Notes under the pieces: generated by a model
What the model saw: only the letters and a program-made list of their open reading frames with translations
Databases searched by the model: none
Told to the model about the DNA's origin: nothing
Made by a program: the position numbers and the translations under genes
From: Klebsormidium nitens
Lineage: Eukaryota; Plantae; Klebsormidiophyceae
DNA: 64,000 nucleotides
Direction: 5' to 3'
Assembly: GCA_000708835.1 (NCBI GenBank)
Contig: DF237180.1
Coordinates: forward strand, 69,542-133,541
Shown here: piece by piece, positions 26,401 to 37,476 of the stretch
Position numbering within the stretch: position 1 is the first letter of the stretch
Layout of the letters: each line of letters starts with the position of its first letter

Positions 26401-28998
26401 TAACTCCCTAACATGACCCTAACCATCAAAAACGACCCTGGGGGAGCTTACCAGAATGGACTGGAAGCCCTTGGTGTCCTTTGCATCGTCGAAGTAGAAA
26501 CTGTTGAAGAGGCCCGCGTTGTTTACCAGCAAGTCCACTGCAACAACAGTAAACATTACTTCGCAAATCGCTAATATGCAGTGAGAATGTGCAATGAAAC
26601 ATATCCAACAGACAGAACGCTTTTCCACAAGCTTTCTGCCACTCTCGGAAAGAAAGACCGCGTGCACAAAGAACCGTTGATAAACGTGGTTGAACGAAAT
26701 TTTAGCCTCATGTCCCTCTATCTCACAATGTAGATCTTGCCAGGGGCGCAGATTTTAGTTGATGCAACCTTAGTAGGAATGGACCTTAAAAGCAGAGACA
26801 CTTTTTTCCAGTTTGGTTTGATTCGACATAAAAGTGTTGTCCTTATCCTCAGTTGCTTCGCAATCTCACAAGCCGTTCGAAGTGCGGACGGTGAGTTTTA
26901 GAAGGCGCACATGGCTGCGTTTCTCGACCTGAATTTCGAGAAAGAACTCGAAGCGCAGAAACTATAAGCTTGTTCGAAGCCCAAATGTTTTCCTCTCTGA
27001 ACAAAATGGACAATTATCGTTGAAGGACGATCGATCGAGCTTCTCACCATGTTCAGCTACTCAAGCAAGCTTTCTTCAAAGGAAGCTAATGTCAATGAAC
27101 AATCCTCCTATTCCAAAAATCAAGACTAAGTCACCGGAGGGACATTCTCCGTTGCACTCACAGTGATCGTAATGTTCGAGAGTCTTGGATAGCGCCAGCT
27201 TGCACCCGGCCTCGTCCCCGAGGTCAGCCTCCACAATCATGACATCATGGGCGCCCAGAGCCCTGCTCAGCACAAGCGCTTCACTTCAAAATTTGTAACA
27301 AATCAAGCGGCAGTTAAGCAAAAAACCTTACACGTTCTTTGCAGTTCAACCGGAAGATTGTAACAAAAGCAACGATCGATTTCTTGAAGAGATTGGTCTT
27401 TAGGCAAGTGGGATGCATCAGTTCCGTCAAGGACAACATCAACTGCAGATTGCTAGAAGCTCAACGACCAAGAGGCCTCAAAAAGGTGATGTTCTTATTT
27501 TGCACAAAGTGCAGGGGGTAGATTCATGTGTTCTCAATTGGACGAGGGGCTCACAGTTCCTCTTCCATGGTCAACCTGCCACTTTCCCCTAGGTGGCAAA
27601 CTTTCTTGAGGGCTCTGAACTACCACAACAAGCACAAATAATTGTTGAATGGAGTCTGCCATTGGTTCAAAGTTACTGACCAAGAGTTCGCCTCCACTTC
27701 GTGCAGCTTGTCCTTGCGACGGGCAACAAGAGAGAGCCGGGCCCCCAAGCGTGCGTACTCATATGCCATGTGCTGCATTACACAGTTCAGCATATATGAA
27801 TAACATTTGTATGAGATGCCCAAGCCAATGCCGTCCCAATTGAGCTTGTTCTTGAGGTCTCTGTTTCTGAGCAACTCTGGCAAATCTCACATCCAGAACC
27901 CTCTTAGAAACTTCACCTTTGCTTCAATCTGTGACCAGATTTAACTTAGAACCGGAATTCGCAAGGGAACTACCATACTGAAGCATATCCCGTAATGAAG
28001 CAGGATTGTAGTCAGGAAGTGACGATCAGGTTGGAAGCAATCAGATTCACATGCATGCAGTAACCCTCTAAAACAACACAAGGATCAAAAAGCCCAAGTT
28101 TCTCAAAGCTTTCAATATATCTCATATATACTTTTGCATGTACCCCTGGTCTCAAATCATACTTGGAAACGGGGCCGACAGGTTCTCAGCCCCTGTCCAC
28201 TACTTTACCCACTTCCTTTGATGACGGTATCAAGAACATCACTGGTATGCATACATTGTCATCCATGCAACACTGACCCAACTTAAAATAAAAAATTTAC
28301 GAAAGTCTTTGCAAGTCTCATCTCCAAATCAGGCAACAAGTTCACATTCTCCCATCCAACTTACCCTCACCTTGCCAACTTCATAAGCTCCCCGCTCACG
28401 TGCCACATTAAAGAGTAAGATGGAGTCTCGAAGTGCCCTGAACACTTGCCAATTTGCCCCTGATTTACTCTCAAAAGCACCCGACGAGAATAGATGTAAA
28501 CCCCTCTTTTCAGCTCACCTCTCCAATGCCTGAGCTCCCCCCTGTAATCAGCACCACCTTGTCAGTCATATCCTGGGGCTCTTTGAATGCCTCGTAGAAC
28601 AGCCGCCGCACCCAGATGAACGGCAGCGTGACCGCCAGCACGCCAAACCCGATTGGATAAGCCACTACATTCAGCAGCTGGTTTGAGGCTGTCAATAAGC
28701 GATCCCCCAAGGGCACCGACTTATTGAGCTTGTTCCTTCTCTCTGCAGCCTCCGCGTCCGAGATGCCCCTCTTTGGACGATTGTTGGTGTCCGGAGCAGC
28801 TGGCCGGCGCTCCTTTACGTTGCTGTTGCTGGCCATTCTGACGCTGCGGTTTTGACGGGCGGGGGGTAAGCACTGCAGCAAGGGGATCCCTCCTCTGAGA
28901 AATGGCGCCTGGAAGAGCTGGGTCTGGTTCCCAAGTCGCCTGGCGGTGTGTAACGCGGTGCAGCCCGCCCGGGGCAACACGGCCACAGCAGAAACCAT
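23416..28998 (-). CDS. HSD: Steroleosin / 11-beta-hydroxysteroid dehydrogenase-like SDR with an N-terminal extension, 7 exons, 461 aa
   Basis: Exons 28998-28519, 27772-27681, 27262-27162, 26537-26452, 25281-25150, 24603-24430, 23736-23416 (1386 nt). KVVLITGGSSGIGEHMAYEYARLGARLSLVARR, LDLLVNNAG, DTNFW, catalytic LYNASK, and a hydrophobic Pro-containing anchor LLNVVAYPIGFGVLAVTLPFIWV as in seed-plant HSD1. Confidence 0.9.
26001..26111. repeat. Small foldback element: 16-bp inverted repeats enclosing a duplicated TGCAGGAACCGT motif (HSD intron 4)
   Basis: GCGGACAAACCGGAGC (26001-26016) and GCTCCGGTTCGTCCGC (26096-26111) are reverse complements with 1 mismatch. Confidence 0.6.
26178..26470. repeat. 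Three degenerate tandem copies of the HSD exon-4 3' end and donor site
   Basis: ccctcggggttgcttaccactggactggaagccc / ccctggaggagctcatcaggatggactgaaagccc / ccctgggggagcttaccagaatggactggaagccc; spacing about 133 and 116 bp. Confidence 0.8.
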
Positions 28999-30389
28999 AA
29001 AGAGCTGTAAAGGGCAGTAATGAATGAAGTGCAGTCAAACAATGTGGAAATTGACCTCCTGTAGCTGCCAAACGCAGGGCTGAGCTTCGAAGAACTCCTT
29101 CTTGTCCTTGGCTGTTTTCACCACAATTGGACGTGCCTTCCTGCTTTTCGAGCTGCTTGCCTTGCTGCCAGCATGCCAAATGTGATAGGAAGTCCCCATT
29201 GCACCCGAGACAGAGAAGGGCTGGGGACACGTCTCCCTGCGAAAGGGTCACCTGGGCAGGCAGAGCGGGGCCCCCCCTGAGGCTTGGGGGCCAGCATGCA
29301 ATTCTCCTTTCAATGTGCGGCATGCATAGCCACCATGCAAAGAACCACGTCAACCTGCACTTCGGCCATGCCGCCACCTTTTCTTCCGAGTCCTGCTCCT
29401 GATTGCCTGCAGACTGAAAACAACCGGCTTGCCGTTTGTACTTTCGTATCCCGGCCCGCAACTGAAATGGGCTGTACTACAGCCACCAGACGTACCTGTT
29501 GCGAAAACCGGCACATTTACTACAAGGTCGCCAGGCGTTCGATGAACGAAACTCGCCACTTCGAAGGTAAGTTGGTCTTCACACAGGCAGCCTGGCTGCA
29601 TACAAATGTATGTGCGCATTAATGCATCCCTGGCACTCCTCTCGTTTTATCCAATAGGATTTGTCATGCGTTCTTGCAGACGATTGGCAATGACAGTAGA
29701 TGGCATGACGGCGACCCAGCAAGTTCTTGAGCTCATTTAGTAATTTTGAGCTCCAGAACTTTCCGCCTCTTGACACGCCGTACGTTACAGCTAAGCTTAC
29801 GATAGCTCTATTCAAACAGAAGCGCCTGTCAACAATCATTCACCATGCAAGCCGCTGTAGAAGATTATTATGTTCAATCGGGGCGCAATAAAGTAAAGAC
29901 TGCAATCACCTTCACAACTCGGTACCGATGATTGCGATCATGCATGAACGATTTGAGTTTTATACAGTACACGAAATCTGTTTAACCGTCCATTCATGCA
30001 CATGTGTTTATTGCTGCCCTTATATTAGGGCATGCATACATGCACGAGAACGTATACAACGGTTGGCTTTCAGCATAGCAAACAATAACCCGCACACAGT
30101 GCAGTCTGTTGACCTCATTGACGTGCCACTCCAAATTGGCCTTTGACCATTTGACGAGTTTCGAAGATATCTAGTCTACGGGCAACAAGAAGAGCAGTAA
30201 CCGGAGCTCCGCACAAAGGCTTTCTAGGACTGCATTCTTTCAACACCGCATCTGTTAGGTAGAGAACGGCGAACATTGATGGCCGTCCATTGTCCTCTTC
30301 CAAAGGCAACTCTCAAAAATGTGTAATGTACAAACTTACCACAACTCTTGGTGAGGCCAGTGTTACGTTTTCAACTTCGGGTTCCTCCT

Positions 30390-33300
30390 CTATTGTAGCC
30401 CTTCCATTTTGAGTTTCTCGTTCGACATACGCACGGTGTTCAGCCACCGCCGATTGATGCGTGCTATCTGCAAGCAAGACAGAGTTTTTGGACGTTGACA
30501 ATATTCAATTCCCGAATTGCGCCTGCGGTCATCGAAGTCGGAAAGACTTGCCTCAGATGGCGACAACCTACGGGTATAGTGCGGATCTTCACATAGATTT
30601 GACCGGTACCGACACCGCGCGATGGCTATGCACCCTGGAGAGCCGAACGTGCAAGTTAGTGTCTCAAATTCAAAAACACGACATTAATCTCGACGACATC
30701 CTTGCACGAGTCAAAGTGCTGTGACGTCTTCGAACACCAAAGCCACCCTTGACTTGCGTCGGTGAATGCCGACGCTCCGAAATTTGGCTTGCTCTCGAAT
30801 TCCCTGTATCTTTTAACGTCCCGACCGTCATCCGAGCAAGCTTTAACCCATCAACACCACTGTTCATCAGTTAGACCGGCATACAGTGAGGGCATTAGAA
30901 GGAACGACTAAGCATACAAACTCATGCAAAGATTGTCTGATTATTCAGCGCGCAAAGCATCAAGTCTGGTAGAGTCGTCCCCGCTGCCTGCGGCCGCATC
31001 TCTCGTCGTCTTACCTCCGAGTACGGCATGAGCGTTTCTGACGTCAGGCTCTGTATGGGCGGGTACACCCGGTTGGGGAACCAGTTACTGATCTGGGTTA
31101 GCGCTAACTGCCTCGCGATGCTGACCGCTGCCAGGGCACGAGACCGGGGGAAGAAGTTGTCGGTTAGCTCCGCTAGGGCTTGACCCTCGGGGACCATCAA
31201 CTCGGAGTAGCGGGGCAAAGCCGCATCAATGTCGTCACGGGACTCGCTGAGGATGCGGTCTAGAGCGACGACGTCCTGGAGAGGACAAGCAGAGGGTGTG
31301 TTGCAGGAGCACGTTCAGAGACTTATCTGCATGCCCGAAAATCGGTATCTCAGTACAGTAATGCTACTGAGTCGCCCGGACAGCGATAAAATAACCGGCG
31401 ACGAAACAAAAAGGAGAAAGACATGCTCAAGCGAAAGCACAAAAGCAAGCCAATAGCGATACAACGAGATTTGAATGCTCAACCCACGTCGAAAGAACAT
31501 AGACAAAGCACGAGCCAGGACGGAAAGGTTGGAAGGAAAAGCAACGGCCCCGTCGGTCAATCCTGGTCGTTCGACCTGCCTTCAGTACGACTCCTTAAAG
31601 TCCAGCTACGGCGTATTAGCACCTTCGTCCACAAGAAGTGCAGGCTAAGATCGCCCAGATTCAAAACACTTTTAGCAGGGACAATACGACGTCTTTGGCG
31701 GCCCGGGTCGAGTTGTGATTGTCCGAATCTCGAGTTACAGATTGTCACAGGCGGCCGAGACAACGATGGGTACGAATTGGAAAGCCGCTTGCAACGTCAG
31801 GAATTCGCTACATTCATCTGGTAATATGCGCGAGCAATCTCACCTGAAGGGAAGAATTGGCACCCTGTCCGAGAGCTGACGAATTTGCGTGTGCAGCGTC
31901 GCCTATGAGAATCGCGCGACCGGCGGAGTCGTGGTAGCGGCTGCAGCGGACCTGCACAAAAGGCGACCACATTGGAGACTGGAAGGAGGTAGATCTAAGT
32001 TTGAAGTTCACAACGGCGCAAAGATAAAGAAAGCGGGTACTAAGTGCTTGGAATGAGCACCTACCCCTGAACGATTGCAACGAATGTCAGCTGATTGATC
32101 AGATTTGACGAAACGGCAAGTGTCTACCTAGGTCTGGGAGGATGTAGCTGGCGACACAAAAGGCCACTTGCAAAAGGATGCCGCGTGCCGCAATAATCGA
32201 TCTCCCACGAGAGACTAACAGCTTCCGCTCCGACCTATCCTGCTGGCGGAATGACGCGCCAGAGGCCAACATGATAGCCCGGGTCGCACAGTAACGATCG
32301 ACTCAAACCACTCCAGCTTTGTGGGTGCCAACGCTTGGTCTATAGTCCAACTTTCGCCGAGCGTCAACTAGTTGTGGTACGGAGGGAACGATTGGTTTGG
32401 GGAAGATTTCAACCGAAGCTTGCCTGCATGTAGCCGGACGCCCTCTGCTTGAGGAAGTCTTCGGCCGCCTCGGGCGAGACTGTAATGCCGGGGATGAGGC
32501 GCTCCAAAAAGGCCGACATCTGGAAAGTGTGTAGTCAAGAGATTGTGAGGAGACGAAGCGTCGTTCGAGGACGAGAGAACAAGGCGAACACCGCCGTTGT
32601 CTTGCTACGACAATCCAGAGGCAACTCAATGTTGCATTAGATGTATCAGAAGTAAACTGAAAAATTCGTTAAAAAAAAGTTGATCTTTGAAATAACCACT
32701 TCAAAGACACTCACTGCATGTCAAGTTGACAGTACCAGTCGATCTTTAGGATAACATATTCAGAGATACTCGCTGCAAGTCATACTGACAGTATGCCCAT
32801 GCCAGAGAAAGAGGCAAATCAGATGGTGCGACCGACCCTTCCTGCGTTGGACAGTACTACGACGCCAACCGCGCTTTCTCTTACGCCAAAGTGTAGATAG
32901 AGACTCATCACGACAATCTAAGTAGATGCAATGGCGTCTATGAGTCTAACACACTGTTGCGGAATGAGCCGAAAAAAAATGTGATCAATATTCAGATGCT
33001 GATACGTCCATAAATAAAGGCAGCTCGGGTTGACACCCACACATACACAGCACAAGGCGGAAGGCGTGCACGCAATTATTCCATTGCATTCCGCCATACC
33101 TCGTCAGTTCTCTCAATCGCCAGGAAGTCGCGCGGGGGCTTCTTGGGATCCCAGCTGATGAGAACGGAAAGGCCGCCGTCGTTGGTGGGGATGGCGAGAG
33201 CGAACACGTCCCCTTGCGTCGGGTCCCGCTTTGCGAACAAGCCGAACGGACCCCCGCCGCTCTGTCCTGCGGCGCAAACCTGGAAGCCAGTTTGGGACCC

Positions 33301-35777
33301 ATGCAGGCAGCCAGCGAAGTTGTCGTGGAGAGCTCAAGAGATCCAGCACATTTTGTGCATGAAGCAAGACGTTACGGAAACAATATGTCAGGAAATTTGA
33401 AAAGATGATTCACAGCTCGACAGAGCGGGCTTAGTTGCCGCCAAGTCGCGGCATGAATATCGGCGAACGTTCCGCAAACATCTTGAGGTGGAATGGACAT
33501 GAACTTGTAGGGCATACTTCGTGACTTGAAAGCAGAACGGCCATTTTCGTACAAAGTCAGATGGATTCCCAAGGTGCAAAGTTAAGAGGTTCACTCGCGA
33601 TCACAATTCCGGCTCTACCTCTGTTTAACATCCCTCTTTCTCATGTCCATCTTTGCAATTAAATAAAATCGGCTTCGAACGTGAACGAAGACAGGCAGTT
33701 GAAGGCTACCGTCTTCTGTCCAGCCCAGCCAAGCTTGTCGAAGAAAAAGAGAGGAAGCGCAAGAAGATCAAGCGCACCTGGCCTTTGAAACCGATAGTTG
33801 TGCACGGCGTCGACCGCGATGCCGGGCGGACGTGGCACGTGCAGAACTTTCCACGCGTTGTCCACGCTCCGCTGCTGATAATCAAACTCACGACGCTTCA
33901 GGAACTCCAGCCGGACCGCCGACCGGACACCATCGGCACCCACGAGCAGGTCGTACGGACACTTTTCGGACGCCGAGAAGGAAGCGGTGCGGGCCGCGAA
34001 GTCGGCTCCCAGGCAGCGGGAGTTGAAGTGCAACTGCGGAAGAGGGCAAGGATGTCAGGAACTGGGGTCTCCGGCAATTACGTGACCCAAAGGCCTTTGG
34101 ATGAACTGGTCGGTTATTGCAATTGGGTATCTAAAGAACAGTTCGTTACTGGTATTGTCAGATCGCTTTCCCTCGTGCTTCGAGTTGACGTTTTGTAACA
34201 GCGTGGCCGCTAGCTTGGGCCTCAAAGCAGACAGACACGGTTTCAAACAAAGGAGGCGTTCCAAATAGAAGTGTGCAATAATCTCGGAGCCGGTTGTATT
34301 GTGCCTTCGGTTCAGTTCGGCTTAGCAGCAGAGCTAGCATTCACAAGGGCTGACGATTAATTTGAAACCTGTTCTTAGGAAAAGTTTCTCTGAAACAGCG
34401 CAAACCGTGTGCAGATTCATCAAATGAGGAAGACACTCACTTTGAGCCGCTTTGGACCATGCCTCCGCTCTAGCTCCGCCAGCAATGTCGCCGCCAGCTG
34501 TGACCGATTGATTAGCAGGCTTGGTTTGTCGGCTCGCCGCTTGAGATTCTGCTCCCGCTTCCCAAAGTGCAGCACGAAGCGGCTGATCTCAGCGCCCTCC
34601 TTCTGTACTAGCGGCCACAGCCCCTCTACGCCCTGGATGGCATTGCGACCACGCTCGCTGAGGCCGATGGCATACTGGCGGTTTCGGGCACTGCAAATCC
34701 AATAGAAGGGGACCCATTGAAACTGGTATGGACTTCCCTGGCTGTTGCAACCAAAGACTTGAGATAATACAAAGCAGAGAGTTTCTGAGAATCTTGAGGA
34801 GCCTGTGGGTACCAGTGGTTGAGGCCGATGCCGTGCTGGCACTCTGCTTGAGCTGAGAGACATAGCAACACACTATTGTTGATCCAGCGCCTGGCATCAA
34901 CGATTGTGTGCCCTTGCTGTCTGACTAAGTGAGGCTGATTCACTCTGCAAAGGAAGGGTAGTTCCCAACAACGATTCCCGCTGAAATTTACGCCAAGCTG
35001 CTTTAACATTCACCAATCCACTTGACTCTCAGACGAACAGGTGGACTTTGAAGCAGCTCACGGACTCAAAATGCTGGCACGCCGTGAGACGTTCCTACGA
35101 ACAGATTGAACACCGAGCTCTATGGTATGAGCAGCCATGTGTTGACACCCTTTCACTTGCAACTGGGTCCAGCTGAGAAGGTCATGGAATGCTATCCAAA
35201 GGGTTTGGCCATACACACCATGTGACCCAGCTCACTGTTCTGCAGAGACATCTCTACATCCAGGTAACATGACGGGACCTCGTTCAGTATGGCGACAATG
35301 TGTGTAGCTCAGGAGACTGACAACAACCAGGTGGAGCCAGAGTGTGCTGTCATGCAGCTTCAAAAGCTCACTCCTCTGCTTCATTCCCCCAGCATTGACG
35401 CAAAGCCAGTAGCCCATTTTGTTGTATGCATGCAAACACCTCCACTGGAAAATCATGCAGAGACTATCTATCGCCAATTTGAACCAGCAACTCCTTGCCG
35501 GGAAAGCCTGTATGTGCCAGCATTGTGCATCGTGGGGCAAGCAAGCTGAGCACAGGCTGTACAGTTGCTGGTTCTATCTTATTTCAGCACCACTTGCAAA
35601 GTAAATTGGGAGCCACACATGACGCTTAAGAGAAGCTTACGCAATTGACTCGGTTCTCAGGTCTGGACGCGCCTCATGCAGCTCTGCTGTGTAGGCATCC
35701 CCCCGCTGGAGAAGATAGTGCGCCAGCAGCAAACCAGCTGGGCCACCCCCAACAATCACCACATTTGCAGCAGCCAT
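30390..35777 (-). CDS. FAD-dependent monooxygenase (kynurenine 3-monooxygenase-like class A flavoprotein), 8 exons, 450 aa
   Basis: Exons 35777-35641, 34690-34441, 34033-33778, 33266-33100, 32519-32424 (GC donor), 31951-31844, 31275-31015, 30467-30390 (1353 nt). Motifs VVIVGGGPAGLLLAHYLLQR, YAIGLSERGRNAI, YDLLVGADGVRSAVR, AILIGDAAHANSSALGQGANSSLQD. Confidence 0.9.
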
Positions 35778-36019
35778 GGGCTTGTCAGCTTGAGCCAAGA
35801 GTTTCTGCAAAGAGTTCAGTCTAAGCTTCAACTACTAAGAAGTTTTGAGGCACCTTTGAAGAGCAGCAAATCCAGCTGGGGCGCCCTTAGAAGTGCTTGT
35901 CTGCTTGTGGAACTTTGTCACACAGCAGATGGTCGAGGCTATAGGAAGGCTGGACGAGTGTACACTGTGTAGTCCCTCGATTGGTTTACAACTGAAGAGT
36001 GGCACTAGCTGGCTCGTTA

Positions 36020-36609
36020 GGGTACCGTCATTTTGTAGCTGGTACCCCCCCATTCTTTTATAGGGGGTACCCGTTAGAGGCCCATGACTCGGGAATTTTA
36101 GCCGCCCTGGGGGGGTGGCTAGGAGTGAGTCCGAGCTCCCTGGCGGGGAGGGGGGCGGGCTTGAGGCTTGGGCCGGCGGCCCATGCAAGCACAGGCGCTT
36201 GATTGGTCAAATACCCACATAATCATCAAAATCTGTAATGAGATGGACTCGAATATATACGACCAGAAAGTGGGCTTTCTTGTCTTCCACCAAATGCACA
36301 GTGGGGTTGAGAAGATGCAGAAAGCAGTGCATGAGCGTGCCCAATTTAAGGTACCGGTATGCCTCCGGTATGCATCTCCTTTTGCTTCAAATCTTCAAAA
36401 ATTCCACTTCAAAAGCGGGGCCTAAAATGCGAAAATCTTGGCTTGGGGCCAGATCGAAGCTAAGTTCTGTGACCGACAAGCCAGGGGGGGGGGGGTGGCT
36501 TGGGGCTTGGTCGCCCGAAGGAGGCCACCAGGGGGTCCTAGGAAGGTAGCTTTCGAAAAAATGGTCGATTTAAGAATGGGGGGGTACCACTTACCAAATG
36601 ACGATACCC
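36020..36609. mobile_element. Non-autonomous PIF/Harbinger-type (Tourist-like) MITE, 590 bp
   Basis: 38-bp terminal inverted repeats (36020-36057 vs 36572-36609; 34/38 identical; GGG...CCC ends), a TTA target-site duplication (36017-36019 and 36610-36612), and no transposase ORF. Confidence 0.88.
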
Positions 36610-37476
36610 TTAGGAGCTCCCCGGGCAAATGAATCTTGCGATACGTCAACGGTTTTCCAAACAGGTGTCTGATTGAGGTAACGGTAATCGAGCGCTTAGT
36701 GAATTTTACTTGCTGTCTTGACAACGATCGTGCGCATGCATATTGAACCGGCGTTTTTGACGATCCCGCCTCATCAAAGTGCCCGGTACAAGAAGAGGCT
36801 TCAATCTTTCGCACTGCCCAGCGCTAGCTACGGTAAATCTGAGGACATGTTAATCTCATGAGTCATGTGTGTGGCGCATGCCGGGCCGGTGGCCCAGGAG
36901 CATGAGCAGCTGCAGCATGAGCCGGTGCATGTGAGACCGTGAGCCTGACGTCTTGCATTGGCAGGCGCAATCAAATAGTATACTATCTATACCTCCAATT
37001 TAAGTGGCTGTGAAATAATGGACGCCCATGTACGATGGACCGTTGCCCTTCCCATGAGGTATCTGATAAAGAAGGCAACTTCCTACTTTTTGATAAGTCT
37101 AGCACTAACAACAAACAGCCGCCCTGACATGATTACAAACATTGATGATTTTGAGCTGCGGTCTTTTCACTCTTATGAGGGCGTCCAGCTTTACAGCTTC
37201 GAAGGAATCTTGAAGCTACATAAAACGTGCATAAAACGAGTGGAGTTGCTCAGGTTGCCAGTCATACAACTTACAACTAAAATGGTCAAGTTCTACATAT
37301 TGAAGATTGAAGCGGGAAAAACCCTGTGAAGCCTTGACGTATAAGTTTAAACTCGTGACGGAGCCTCCTCCTATGATTTCGAGGACCAGGCATACTCTTC
37401 TTAATGCATTTCCTTTTTCTAACTCAATGTCAGTGCACAAACTAGCGGTTCAGTGCGCGGCAAGCTGCCAACTTAG

